NCBI GenBank assembly: GCA_964057225.1
Contig: OZ059896.1
Span: forward strand, 15,872,001 to 15,936,000
Length of the DNA: 64,000 nucleotides
Direction: 5' to 3'
Source of the DNA: Auanema rhodensis
Taxonomy: Eukaryota; Animalia; Nematoda
Shown: piece by piece, positions 51,746 through 64,000 of the stretch
How positions within the stretch are numbered: the stretch's first letter is position 1
Layout of the letters: the number at the start of each line of letters is the position of its first letter
Position numbers and translations under genes: made by a program
Notes under the pieces: model-generated
Database searches by the model: none
The model's input: the letters and a program-made list of their open reading frames with translations, nothing else
Told to the model about the DNA's origin: nothing

Positions 51746-54700
51746 CTATAGATCGTCCGCTACGCTGGAATGATAATCATCCAAAGAATCATCCCGACTT
51801 CTCATAGTTGACAGGAACATAGGTTGGAGACGCGATCGTTCGCGTGTTTCGCATACATCCCTCCATATAGTACAAGAAGCACCTCCGCTGAAATGTAGAA
51901 TATTATATGAGGTATTCCAATTTCAAAGAACCAAATACCTTACACCACGAGTAAGTAGTTCTTCACGAGTTACATATTCAAGTATATCATGTTTTGTATA
52001 ATGCTCCGCCAGAATTACTGCGATCGAATGATCATCAACCTCCAGGGATTTCAACCATTGTACCATATCTTTTTGAGCTCTGAAAATAGAGAATTAGACA
52101 AGTTCCAATCAAATGTACTTTACTTATTTAGATCAGAATAACAGAATCGCGGGAGTTCATTCCTACAGTTGGAGCTTTGTCCCATAGGTGGATAAGTATT
52201 TCGCCATATATTGATGTCATGAATATACTGCACTCTACTAACTGCTGACTTAAGTTGCTGATTCAACTCCTTTTCTACACTAAATAATCTGAAGAGAGAT
52301 AGTTAGTAATTAGATGTCATCAGGAAAATAAGTAAACAAACCTCTCCCTAAGAATATCATTTTCTGTTTGGAGATCTCGCAATGCTCGAAGTTCCTCATA
52401 TCGTTCTTTAATCTCTAATCGAACGATCGGAGATGCAGGTCGACTATCACTGTTTTCATTCTAAAAATATAATTATAGATAACAATTATTAAATATAAAT
52501 TACTTAAAATATGTTAATTAACAGTAATTTAAAAAGTCTGCGAAGTTAATTAGAATTTTACGTCAATATCACATAAGTAGTTCATTTATAAATAGAAAGA
52601 GAAAGAAACGGTTGTATATAATAACAAAAAAAAGGATTAAAGATATTCAAAACTTTCAAAATTCAAAACATCAGCAACTATTGGGAATCACAAAAAAAAG
52701 CTACTTACGTCAGATGGTCCTGATTCCTTTGAAATGGATGCTCTATGATCAATGGTATTTTGAGCTGTTCCAGGTGAAGAGCTTGGAATATCTTCAGCCT
52801 ACAGCGGTATTAATAGGTTTCAAATATTAAATGAAATCACTTACATGTAGCAACACAGAAAGATCGGGGCTTAAAATAGAAAGAGCTGTCTGTACAGCTC
52901 CATTAATGAGATTAGAAAGAGCGAATATCCAATGAGGTTTGATATCCAACTGCCGCAAAACTGGTTGCATGGAGTCGTGAAAGTCGTAAAAGGCTACATT
53001 AATCTGAACAAAAATATCTATTCATTAAAAAAAAATAGATTTGTACCTGTGAAATCTTGCTTGAATCATAGTCAAGAGAGCATCTGATATTATCAAGAGC
53101 TTCTTGAATGATTTTATTATCCTTTTTAATCAAAAATTCACGAATCCCCATAAGTAGGGTATTAAGCATAACAGGAGTAACCTATATTTGCAGAAATTAG
53201 AAATAGTTCAGTTGAAATAAGACATACCACAAGTTCATCATTACCCAATGAAACCAACAATCTCTTATGCCAAGTTCCAATAATTTGCTCTCTATACTCA
53301 ATCATGAATCGTGCAAGTGTATGACGCCGTTCAGAATCTTTTTGAAGCATGAAGAACCTGAAAAAAAATTCAAAAACATTAGAAAATTTTAAAAGCTAAA
53401 GAAACCTGTTTGTATTGGAACTTTCGTCACTTATAGTTCTATTTAACAATGATGGAGCAACCATTGGACTCGTAGTAGGAGAAGCAACAAGTTGCGGATG
53501 TGTATTATCGTCAATGATAGGGCTAGATGGCTGACTAAGATGAAAACCTGGATGAGAGCTGATATTAGCCCCAGCACTAGCTGGGGCATCTGATATGGGG
53601 CTACATGAATATGTCCGAATACGACTAGAAATTTCAAATTCGCAAAATACTTCTGTACAGGGTCAATACCTTTGATCTATGTTCAACCTGAGCTTTCTTT
53701 CCTCCTTTCCAGAACTTGGTGGAGCCGGTCCATCAATAGATGATCGTTCGGTAACACCCATTCCTCCAATATGAGAAGTTGATCGAAGCATCTCTACAAT
53801 ATTTAAAACCATTTTGAAAAACTTAAATAAATCTCCTACCACGCGATTGCTTCGTTGGATCCATATGTTTTTTATTAATCGAACCACTTCTCGTCCTAGA
53901 GATCCTGTATTATATTATAATTTTTTATGCTTTTCTGCTATCGTTTATATAATTAAAGTTAATAAAAATTAAAATAGATTAGTTTAGCATTAGAACGAAA
54001 GCAGAAAACAGAAGAAATATACAATTACAAACTTACGCATGATGTTGAAAGAAAGGATCTGCTAGTAGCTTTACAGCATTCGGTCGTTCTCTTGGATCGG
54101 GTTCGAAACAACTTAAAACAAAAAATGTTTACTTTGAATAAATTAAAAATGAATAAACACCTTTTTATGAAATGATCACATTTCTCGGACATTCCGTTCG
54201 GAATAGGCGGATGAGTCTTAAACATGCCTACTCGAAACATAGCTGCTTGAGGGTTTTGCATCTGAAACGGTATCCCACAAATATACGAACCCGGCATATT
54301 ATATCTATACCTCGACAAACGGTGGACGTCCCGTAGCCATTTCAACCATCGTACAACCAAAACTCCAAATATCAGCAGGAGCTCCATAACCACGCTGACC
54401 GTGATCTATGACTTCAGGAGCCATATATTGCAAAGTTCCTAAGAATAAGAAAATTTTGAAAAAGTATCTAGCAAGAGAACACTAACCTGTGAAAGTTTCA
54501 GTAACAGGATTCAATCCGGCAAGACGCTTACAGGTTCCAAAGTCACTGATTTTACAAACACCACTATACGTATTGACTAGAACATTGTCTCCTTTAATAT
54601 CACGATGTACTATCTTTTGTTCGTGCAAATATCTGAAAAGAATTGATGAAAAGATAAAAATAACAGATATATTACTTCAATCCTTCTAAAATTTGTTTTC

Positions 54701-57700
54701 CATACAGGACCATTGCAGGCTCATTCATTGGACCCCATTTTTTGCGAAGTAAACTGCTTAAAGATCCTCCGGGAACATGTTCCATGAAAATTAAAAATAT
54801 ATCATTCCCAGTATCTCTAAAAAAATAGAAACATTATATAAAATCAATGCTATTATGGAGAAATTCAAACCTGTGAGATATGTCACAACCTAAATATTGT
54901 ACAATGTTTTGATGACTTAATGTAGAATGCAGATTAATTTCTTCCATTAAAGGTTGTACCTAAAACAGTAGATTGTAGACAAATACAAGTTGGAAATAGC
55001 AGTTTTGAAGCTTACCTCTTCATCATATTTCACTTCAATTTCTTTTACAACAATTTGACGTTGAGTGCACATATCTCTAGCAGCATATACAGTACCATAG
55101 GTTCCTCGTCCCAAAACTAATCGCTCACCAGAATTATTGACTTCATATTCAAACTAAAAGCACAAGAATATATGCGTAAAGCTTAATTGACTGTACATAC
55201 ACTAATCTTTTCGCCGTCCAAATTTGATATTACCCGGCCTTGATTACCATCAGCGTCCGTGGTCATATCCACAAGGGACTTATACATTCTATAATGATTT
55301 AACATAAAACAGAAGTTACAAGAACAAACTGACTTTTGACTATGAGCGGATGAAGGAAAGATTAAATTGAAGTCATCAGAATTCTCATGAACATAGAGAT
55401 ATATAGATCTGTCATCACGCTTTGAAGCAGATACAGCCTTGATGTTTCCGGCGGTAAAATGCCATCGATGAATTCCTGAATATCACCATTAGAAAAAAAG
55501 AAAATGATACTAAAATAGGCATACCTGGTGGTGGTTTCTTTTGCTGACTGTTCTCGAGTACATGACTGAGAATGATGGAGCCTTCTGTTGTATTCATTGT
55601 CAAGTAAGAAGGTGTAAATTGCTGAGAATGAAAGGTATTTTAAATAATTCAAAACGATCTGAATTCACCTTATCATATTCAACGATGAGAACAGGATAAC
55701 GAGCACAATCGATGTCCTGATCAGCCTCAGTAGCTTCCATGAAAAACTCAGTCCAGAAAAGGAATTGTTGTTTCTCCTTCTCAACAGGACTAATAGTAGC
55801 AGCACATCGGTTAATCAACTTGATATTCTCCATTGTTGACTTCAAAAACCTTAAGATGCATGATGAAATACAAATAAAGATATATAAAAACTTACCAAAC
55901 TGGAGGTTTCAGCATTGCCATTTTCAAAGCAGCTTCACATGCTTTCTGATAATTTTCAGCCAGAACAGAAACTTCAAAATAAGTTGCAACATCCCAATAT
56001 TCAGTTAATTGATGAAGTGCTCCTTTTCTTCCCAACAGGGAATTTAAAACAACAGCTAAATATTATTATTTTCATTACAAATAATTGAAATAAGTTCATC
56101 ATACCAATTTGTTGCATTTCAGCATTACTTTCGAAATGTTCACCACTAGCACGTAAAAGTGTCGTTAAATTAATTCCACTGTACTCAAGAGGTGATAACT
56201 CAAACGCTTTTCGATACCTAAATTTAAATATTTTTAACAATAAAATATTTTAAACCCGTATTTTACCATTGGATGGCATTGTTTAATGATTCTCTATCCT
56301 CATAATTGCTTGCAATAAATTTATCCTTATAAATACGACCTAAATTGTTTGAATAAAGCAACATAGATTTCCGAAACAGGTTTACCGGCTAAGCATATGA
56401 CATCTGGACTTAACGTCTTTTTGTCAGAATTGGTGTTGATTATACTCATGACGCTGCTTAATGCTTTATCACGATCACCGGTTTGATTACGTCTAATTGT
56501 AAATACGAATTACTAAGAAACGTACAAAAATTCTTACCTGTTCAAAGCAAAAGCATATTGGTATCGGATCGCTTCAGCTTCAATGAGAGTACAGTCTTGG
56601 ATTTTGCTCAGATCATCAATCAATGAGATCATGCCACCATAATTTTGATGATCACTACAACATGAATTAATTGAAGTAAGAAAATATCTTAAAAAATATA
56701 CCGATAGGAAAGCATAAACTGATAAACAGTATCAACTGAGAGAACATCAGGGTTATCCAAGCGAGCTCTCATTTTATCGAGAAAATCGCTTGTTTCGGCA
56801 GATTCGGTAATTTCTCTGGCTTTTCTCAAATCGGATAAGAACTTTTCCCTCGAATGTGCACTAAAAGAAAAATAACTACATGTTAATGCTATAACTGTTT
56901 CTTACTTGGCCTCGACTTGAACATTTTTTAATGCTTGCTTTAAACGAGAACGGAAATTTATCAGTTTTCCAGAAGCATTTTTGATTGTGAAAGGGTCACC
57001 ATCAGAATCCTTTTTTGTCTGTAAGTATTTCATTAGTGCAAGTTTCTTTTAAAACACAGGGTAAAATAATTATAAAATTCATTTTAATCCGGAACAAGAT
57101 GAAAAACTTTTGTTTTAAGTTAATAAAAGATCAACAAAAATAATTGAGAATGTCATAAGGTAAACAGGGCAATAATCGAAAAATAAATAAACAAATAGAA
57201 AGCAACAAACCCTCTCGAAAGATTGAAGATGTGTATGTTCGGGAGTTGTCATATATACAATAGTTGGTAAATGAGCATGTGTTTTCTAAAGAAATATTAA
57301 ACTGCAAAAGCAATTCTTCTACATACTTTTAAAGCATCAATAATATGATATTCACTATCTGTCGAATAATAAGCTAAAATAATATTATAAGATTGACCCA
57401 TGCTTTCTCGTACTCCTGAAAAAAAACTTATGGTTAAATATTTGAAACAAAGAATATAATTAAACCTATGTGATAACATAAACTAGGCTGCTGTTGAGTT
57501 ACGGTTACATCAACCAAAGCTACATCGGCATTATAAAAAGTATCTAAGGTTTGTGTTTCCCCAAAATCTAATCGATCAAAGTTAATACGCTGTAAAAAAT
57601 GAAGCTTAGAGAAAGTTTTTAATTATAGAGCGTACCGTTAAATTTACGTTGGAAGAATCGGCTACTTTTTGTACGTCTTTTAATGCTAACTCTCGAACAT

Positions 57701-58012
57701 GCAAATTTTTTTGAACTTTTTGGTCAATTACAACAACAACTTGAAGCTTGCGTGAGCATGTTGGAGTCTAATAAGTATAATTAATGACAATAAAAAAAAT
57801 TAAAATATACCTGAATATCTTGTTGAGCTGTATTTGTTGTTAATCTATTATGTTGATATAGAGTAGATGAACGTGATTGTAAAGGTACAGGACACACCTT
57901 TAATAATAGGAAATAATTAAAGTAAATTGAAATGTTTACTCCTGTATGAATAAAAAAAATTTGAATATATACTTACGTCATAAGAAGTATCGCTTTTTAT
58001 TGAGTTAACCAT
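51746..58012 (-). CDS. nsy-1: MAP3K of the ASK1 family (N-terminal DUF4071/TPR region, kinase, coiled coil, SAM)
   Basis: [107 protein letters not shown]-terminal SAM (WLKSLEVD...YVTREELL). Confidence 0.96.
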
Positions 58013-59293
58013 AATTACACAACATTGGGCTAACTACCACCTAAATATTTGTAAGCAAAAATGAAACCTGACACGGAAATTGAAATGAAATCAATTGGTA
58101 AACAAATATTGAGGAATTGAAAATATTAAAGATGAAAAATTAAAGTATAAATATAGAAAAAAAAACAAGAAAAAATAAAGAAAAAACAGTAAAACGGTTG
58201 TGGAATTTCTTTGCAAACGGCATAAAGGACAACGTTATCGATTGGCGCTGTCCCTCTTTCCCGTGACTGACTCCAGCACTTGGACGTTCTCTATCCGCCA
58301 ACAATACAGAAAGATCCAAAAAAAGAAGAAGAAAGCTATAAGAGAGTTTTTTTTCTATCAAAGCTGACTGAAGAGGTTTGATTGACAACGTCTCATGTCA
58401 GTTGAATAGTTTTAAAGTTGAAAAGACTAGTGAAATGACTTATTTACATTCCTCGTTACTTATTTTTGATTAGACAAAAAGTGGAAAAGATAAAAAACTT
58501 TTAAAATTAAATATAAAAACTGAGAAATATATGAACGTAGATGAACAAAAAAAATTCTTCAAATTGTTAGTATATATGACATATTTTGATTGTTGTTTGT
58601 ATATTTTTAGAATACTATATAAACGATAAAATATTTTGTTACGGATTATCAAGAATAGTGTGTAGAATATAAGAATATGAAAATACATATTATAAATATT
58701 TTGTGTACATGTTTTAAAAACATTTTGCGTTATAAAGACCTTCTATTGTTATATTCTATGGATTGCTGGGAGAAAAAATTGAAAATAAGAGATTCAAATA
58801 TAATAATTATAATGATGGAAATTTTTTTTTAACGAGATCGCAGACGAATATTTGGAAAACATCAGCGACGACGATGGCTTGATTCTGATTCTGATACTTC
58901 TTTTCTGTTGTCGTGGTCGCGTTCTCCTTCCCTTTCTGACGATTCCTAGTTAATCGTACTCCTCTTACACCTCTACTCTCGTTCGTCAGACTCTGCTTAA
59001 TATGTTTCTCTTATTTTTGTAAAAAAAAATATAAAGAAAGGAACGCATTTTTCATTTTTTGAACTTCCGCTTAGATAGAAGAGGCGAAAAAAAACGTTGT
59101 TTTATAATTTTATTTTGTTCTTTTCGTTTTGGAATTCAAAAATGCTTGTCTATATACAGAGACGTCAAGCAGTTGAAATGGCTGTTTAATCAAGTTTAAG
59201 AAGGTGGATAGAATTTTCTCTCAAATCCTTGTCATCAGACTCCCTTCTCTCAGTTTTGGATCCAGTTCTTTCTGCCATTTGTGTCTCAACATA

Positions 59294-60946
59294 ATGTCAG
59301 GCATTATTATCATACTTTTCGTCATAATTTGCACAATATCTGGTAAGGTTTTTCCAGAATTTTTATAGTTGAATGTCGTCTCTATATATTTTTCATTATT
59401 TCTTCAGAATCTGCAATTGTACCAGAAATCACAACTTCTGACGTATTTAAGAGCTTATGCTTATATCCAGCCACTAATCCGACATTCTGCAAAAATGTTC
59501 CAACATATCCGGATCGTTCGCTCAGCAAGAAAGCTGTTTTGATACCATTACGCGAAGGTGTAAGTTCAAGCCTAATCTCTCTCACATTTTCTCATTTTCT
59601 CTAAAGTTAGTTGACTAAAAATTCTATTTTTCATCAAAAATATAAGTAGATCCTTATAAAGTTTAACGATTTTAGTAGTTAATATCAACAAGAAAAACTG
59701 AAAACAACCACTCGTCGTCAAATAAAAATGAAAAATGGTCAAACTCTCTCTCTCACCTTAACACACGCAAAGTCACCGACAATTATTTCCTACAAAACTT
59801 TTTTTTGTTCGAAAACAGGAGATTATCGTGACAAATTTGCTTGATTTTAACAAAAAATACATAATTTTTAACCTTCTATCGGCAATATTTTCAGACGGAC
59901 ATAGATCAGCAAATTCTGTTAATTGAGCAAAACGAGTTCTTTCCCGAAAACGGAAAAAAACAATATACTTATGATGAATGGACATCCAGACCTGTAAGAT
60001 GATGAAACAAGATGTGATGTTTATAGTTAATACCAAAATACTTTAGCCATCTATTTGGGACTGGATGAATAGTGATCCAAGCTATTTAACATTACCTTTA
60101 ATAGACCCAAGCGACTTTTTCAGTCAAACATCAACACAATCGAATCAACTTCGAGTCCATGAAATACGAAAACATCGTCATAAAAGAGCAGTAATTCATT
60201 TCTTTTTTTATTTTGTGAAATTTTAAAAATAAGAAGAAAAAAAAGTAAGGGAAAAATGTTTATTGTTTCAGAATCACATGAAATCGGATGACAATATAAA
60301 TCCAAGTGTTAGGTTTGTAAATTTCGAATCAAATGTCTTTCTGTCATGTCTTTTTCGTTAATATTTCATGTTTCAGCAACAGTTGGGGGTTCAGCTCTTC
60401 TGAATCGGATAGATCAGCTGATATAACAGAGGCAGGTTCCTATCCATTTACACAAAAAAATTAAGAAAAACAAGACTATAAATTGTCACCAATTTCAGTG
60501 GCCTACCGCTCCAAAACAGAAGCCTGTGCAAGAAAATGTTGTTCTTCCGAATCCGAATCAAAGCGGTTTGCTCAAAGACATAGGAGGAATAGGTATGTAT
60601 ATTTAACCTTTTCATTTAAATCTCTATCTACATCAAATGGCATTGATCAAACTTCAGGAGTTGGTTTTAATGTTGGAGTGGGTGTCCCGGGAAACGATCC
60701 TGTGGCTGTTGGAGCTCGGGTATGTAGTCATAAGCCAAAATTTCCGTTTCGTCAGTTTCTTCATTGAGTTGCTTTAGGTTGGAGTGGGATTGGGCGAATC
60801 CGGACTTGCAGGCAAGCTACCAATAGGCGAAAACATCTTTCCACGCCAGGTTGGTGGTGTTGATTGCAAACATCGTCTTCAAGACAAATAACTAAAAAAG
60901 GAGAAAAAAGAGTTTGGAAACAGGAAGAAATTGTTTTTAGATATAG
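59294..60946 (+). CDS. Secreted proprotein with RHKR basic site and C-terminal Gly/Val-rich repeat domain (unknown function)
   Basis: Signal-peptide-like MSGIIIILFVIICTIS, open GT-AG exons, IRKHRHKRA, C-terminal GIGVGFNVGVGVPGNDPVAVGARVGVGLG. Needs a GC donor at 60432; the stop is at 60891 or 60946 depending on a final intron. Confidence 0.7.
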
Positions 60947-62357
60947 AAATAAGATCCCTGTTCATTATTCCAATGACCATTTACTCTAAACATTTTGGCA
61001 AATTCTGAGAGATCTCATTTACAAAATGGAAGATTATCTCCAGAATAGATTGGATCAAACTTTTTTTTTAAATTCTCTACATGATATTCTCTCACATATT
61101 GCTTTCTAAATCGAATGGCTCTCACTCCCCCACCCCCACCCCCTCTCTCTCTATTTAACTATATTCATATAGTTTATATTATTTTACATGAATTGGGGGA
61201 ATGACAAACACACAAAACTGTATCTCTAATTCAAAATTATTGGCTTCAATCTGTAACAGTACCATATATATATATGGTTAAAAGACATCTGTGTAAATAT
61301 AACCAGAATACTCTTTTATAAAACCGTACCTCTGAAACAGATAGAAAGATAGAGAGAAAAGAAGAGGAAGATCTGATGAACGAATGTGTTGGATTCGACA
61401 CTAAAGAGGTTGATATAAGCGTATACGTGGCTGATGAAATAAAGAGAAAAATCGCAATCTGATATAGAAAAGGATACATAGAGCAGTTACATACAAATCA
61501 TCTATAATATATCTACTGCGTGTATCAACATGGTTCTAGTTGGTCTCGTTTTTGTGTTCTCTCTTTCTCTCTCTCTCTCCCACTCTCTCTTCCAGGTTAT
61601 CTGTTCATACTTCTGAATGAACACGAAGGCATATTAGAACTTTGCAATAGCTGCTCGATATACTATACAAATAAAATAAATCAATTTACTAAAAATGGAT
61701 AACTGTTTATGTGCACACACACACACACATGCTTATACCTTTTATGAATCATCATCTGCTGATTATATTCGCTTTTGAATAGTATCTTTTCTCTCTCATT
61801 ATAGTATATTATGTCTATTTTTCTAACATTTCATCTATATATCTCTATTTATATATATATTTATCTTAAAGTCAATTGTCCTCAAATCTACTAAATCTAT
61901 CCTATAATAATAACTTTTCAGATTTATTCGTTTTCAATTGAATCTCTCAATTTCTCTTGTCTCTTATCTCTCGTCTTCTGCTCTCTCACAGCATCATCAG
62001 CTTTTGCAACATTGTATTTTTTTTTTCTAGATATTTAGCATGCTCATGTTGCATTTCCTGGCGCAGAAAAAACTTGTTATGATCAAAGATTTATGAAGAG
62101 TATATGACTAACCTATTCACGAATTTATTGAAATTGTTATTGAGCTTGAGATTGATCATCAATCTCATTTTTCGTAATACCTTTTGATTATAATCTCCGA
62201 AATGCACGAACTCAATGGGCCCACTCGATCAGATTTAGGTGAAATCGATATGAAATACCTTAGCAAACATTGAAATTCTTGAAAATGAGCGAAAATGAAG
62301 TGGAAAGATTTTTAGAAAGTAATTGCGTGAAAAGGATTTTCAATAGCTAGTTTGTGT

Positions 62358-62417
62358 GTGTTAAGCAGCAGGGCGAAGGTAAGCTTTAACGTTACCTGCG
62401 GCACCACTACTTAGCAC
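62358..62417 (-). ncRNA. mir-252: pre-miRNA of the mir-251/mir-252 family; mature 5p CUAAGUAGUGGUGCCGCAGGUAA (62414-62392)
   Basis: Mature sequence near-identical to nematode miR-252 as recalled; folds against the 3p arm UUACCUUCGCCCUGCUGCUUAA with a 9-nt loop. Confidence 0.92.
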
Positions 62418-62912
62418 CTACATTAGCTTGTATAGGGTTGGGAACATTTCAGACAAAAAGGAAGAGAAATTGAATAGAAATGAGGAAGATATTGAGATAG
62501 AAAAGCTTTGTCATCATGGGTGTCTACGCAAAATATGCTCGAACTTTACGACGTAATGTTGAGCATGAGCTGCCAGATTGCCAGACTTGCTAGGATTATA
62601 TGCTTCTAGACTACGTGGACATTAATGCTCAGCACATCCGCTGTGACAACAAACAATAGAAATAGCTTTGTACACAGAAGCTGCACACTATAACGGCAGA
62701 TGAAATCTGAAGACGATTCAGAATGACTTAGTTACAACGTGAATGCATAAATAAGTTCATGGGAAATATCTAGACTCGTAGCCATCTGAAAAGGTCACAT
62801 CGAATTCGTTATCTAGATCATACATGGTCCTCCTCATTTTCTCTCCTCGCACATCACTTCATACATTCTTTGTTTCTCTATTTTTTTCTGATTCTGTCTC
62901 AATTTTTATTTC

Positions 62913-62967
<55 letters not shown>

Positions 62968-64000
62968 CTCTCCCCCCCTCTCTCTCACTCTCTCTCTCTC
63001 TCTCTTTCTCTTCATCTTTCTCTCTCTCATTTCATCTATCAAAGTTGTTCGCAACAAATACTCACACATCGAAATAGGCGAGATAGAAAATGAAATGTTT
63101 TAGATGAAAAGAGATGGTAAAAAGGGTATTATAGCCATATAATGAATTTCGTTATATTAAAGGTCGGACCAATTCGATGGGAACATTGATCAAAGACATG
63201 CCTTATCTGGCTCCATGACCAGGAAGGAGGAAGACACAATGGAAGGGACTGATAGGGGTGGCAGGTTAACAGATCGGGTAGACAGTTGCTTTAGTATTGC
63301 AGTAACAGGCTTGAGTGTGATAATTGAAACAATCGAAAAACAGTCAATTTTGAAAGTAAAAAAACAAAATTCAACTTCTTTTCTGACTGCTGCAATGTAA
63401 TCTTCCACAACCCATCACGAGTCCCTCGTAATACTTCAATACTCTTCGCTTTGAAACAGAGAGAAGTATTATGATTGGCTCGTGATGAATTGTGGAAGAG
63501 GAGCATGAGATGGATGCTACAGTTGTGGGAACAGATAGAGGACACACTGAGGATAGGCCGAGCAGATTTATATGAGCTGCTTGTTAGACAAGCTGAATAC
63601 ATATCTGATATGGCAAACTTGGAGATGAGACTGTTAGAGAATTAGATAATAAAGAGAAAAAGAGAGAGATTAAAAAAGAAACGACGAGGAGAAGCAGATG
63701 GAAAACGGGGGGAGGGCTGGGCATGAGCAGAATAAAACGTGGAGAGACCTATATGAAGAGATAGACGGATGGATGGCTGCTAAAAGGAATGGGAGGAGAA
63801 AAAGATAGAGAGAAAAAAGAAAGAGAGAGAAAGAATAAAAACAAGAGAAAAAGAGAAATAGCAAGAGAGAGGCAGAGAGAAAAAAGGCGAAAAGGGGGAG
63901 GGGTATGCTGTAAGAGGGTGGTGTAGAAGAGAATGATTGTCGACGTGTGGTCATTTATGACAATAATTCTTTATTAAAGTTGATCAGAATCCAAAAAGAA

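Noticed and set aside
1-64000. Transposase, reverse transcriptase, CRISPR or rRNA
   Set aside because: No such motifs or repeat-spacer arrays found; the sequence is eukaryotic.

Overview
AT-rich, intron-dense nematode genomic DNA, most likely a rhabditid (clade V), judged from a recognisable SPD-5, a cuticle collagen, an Srg chemoreceptor and ~40-55-nt introns. All gene models were spliced by hand, so exon boundaries are inferred. The window has two compact gene blocks. Block 1 (1-16.5 kb): xpo-1/CRM1 5' end, RNASEK/V-ATPase subunit f head-to-head with vha-17/subunit e, a secreted PSI + class-3 lipase, a coiled-coil/SH2 orphan, agt-1/MGMT, tRNA-Ser(CGA), a collagen, spd-5 and an srg receptor. 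Block 2 (50-61 kb): thioredoxin, nsy-1/ASK1 and a secreted Gly/Val-rich protein. Between them lies a ~33-kb (CT/GA)n-rich region with only a MET-family tyrosine kinase (two alternative N-termini) and a degenerate class A GPCR. A mir-252-family hairpin sits near the right end. Most notable: two adjacent pairs of functional partners (V-ATPase e/f sharing a mirror-symmetric promoter; ASK1 next to thioredoxin), a membrane versus cytosolic kinase isoform switch, a GC/GT tandem donor feeding a dual-frame exon, relaxed splice sites (AAG/GAG acceptors, GC donors) and several candidate structured ncRNAs. No transposase, rRNA or CRISPR was seen.
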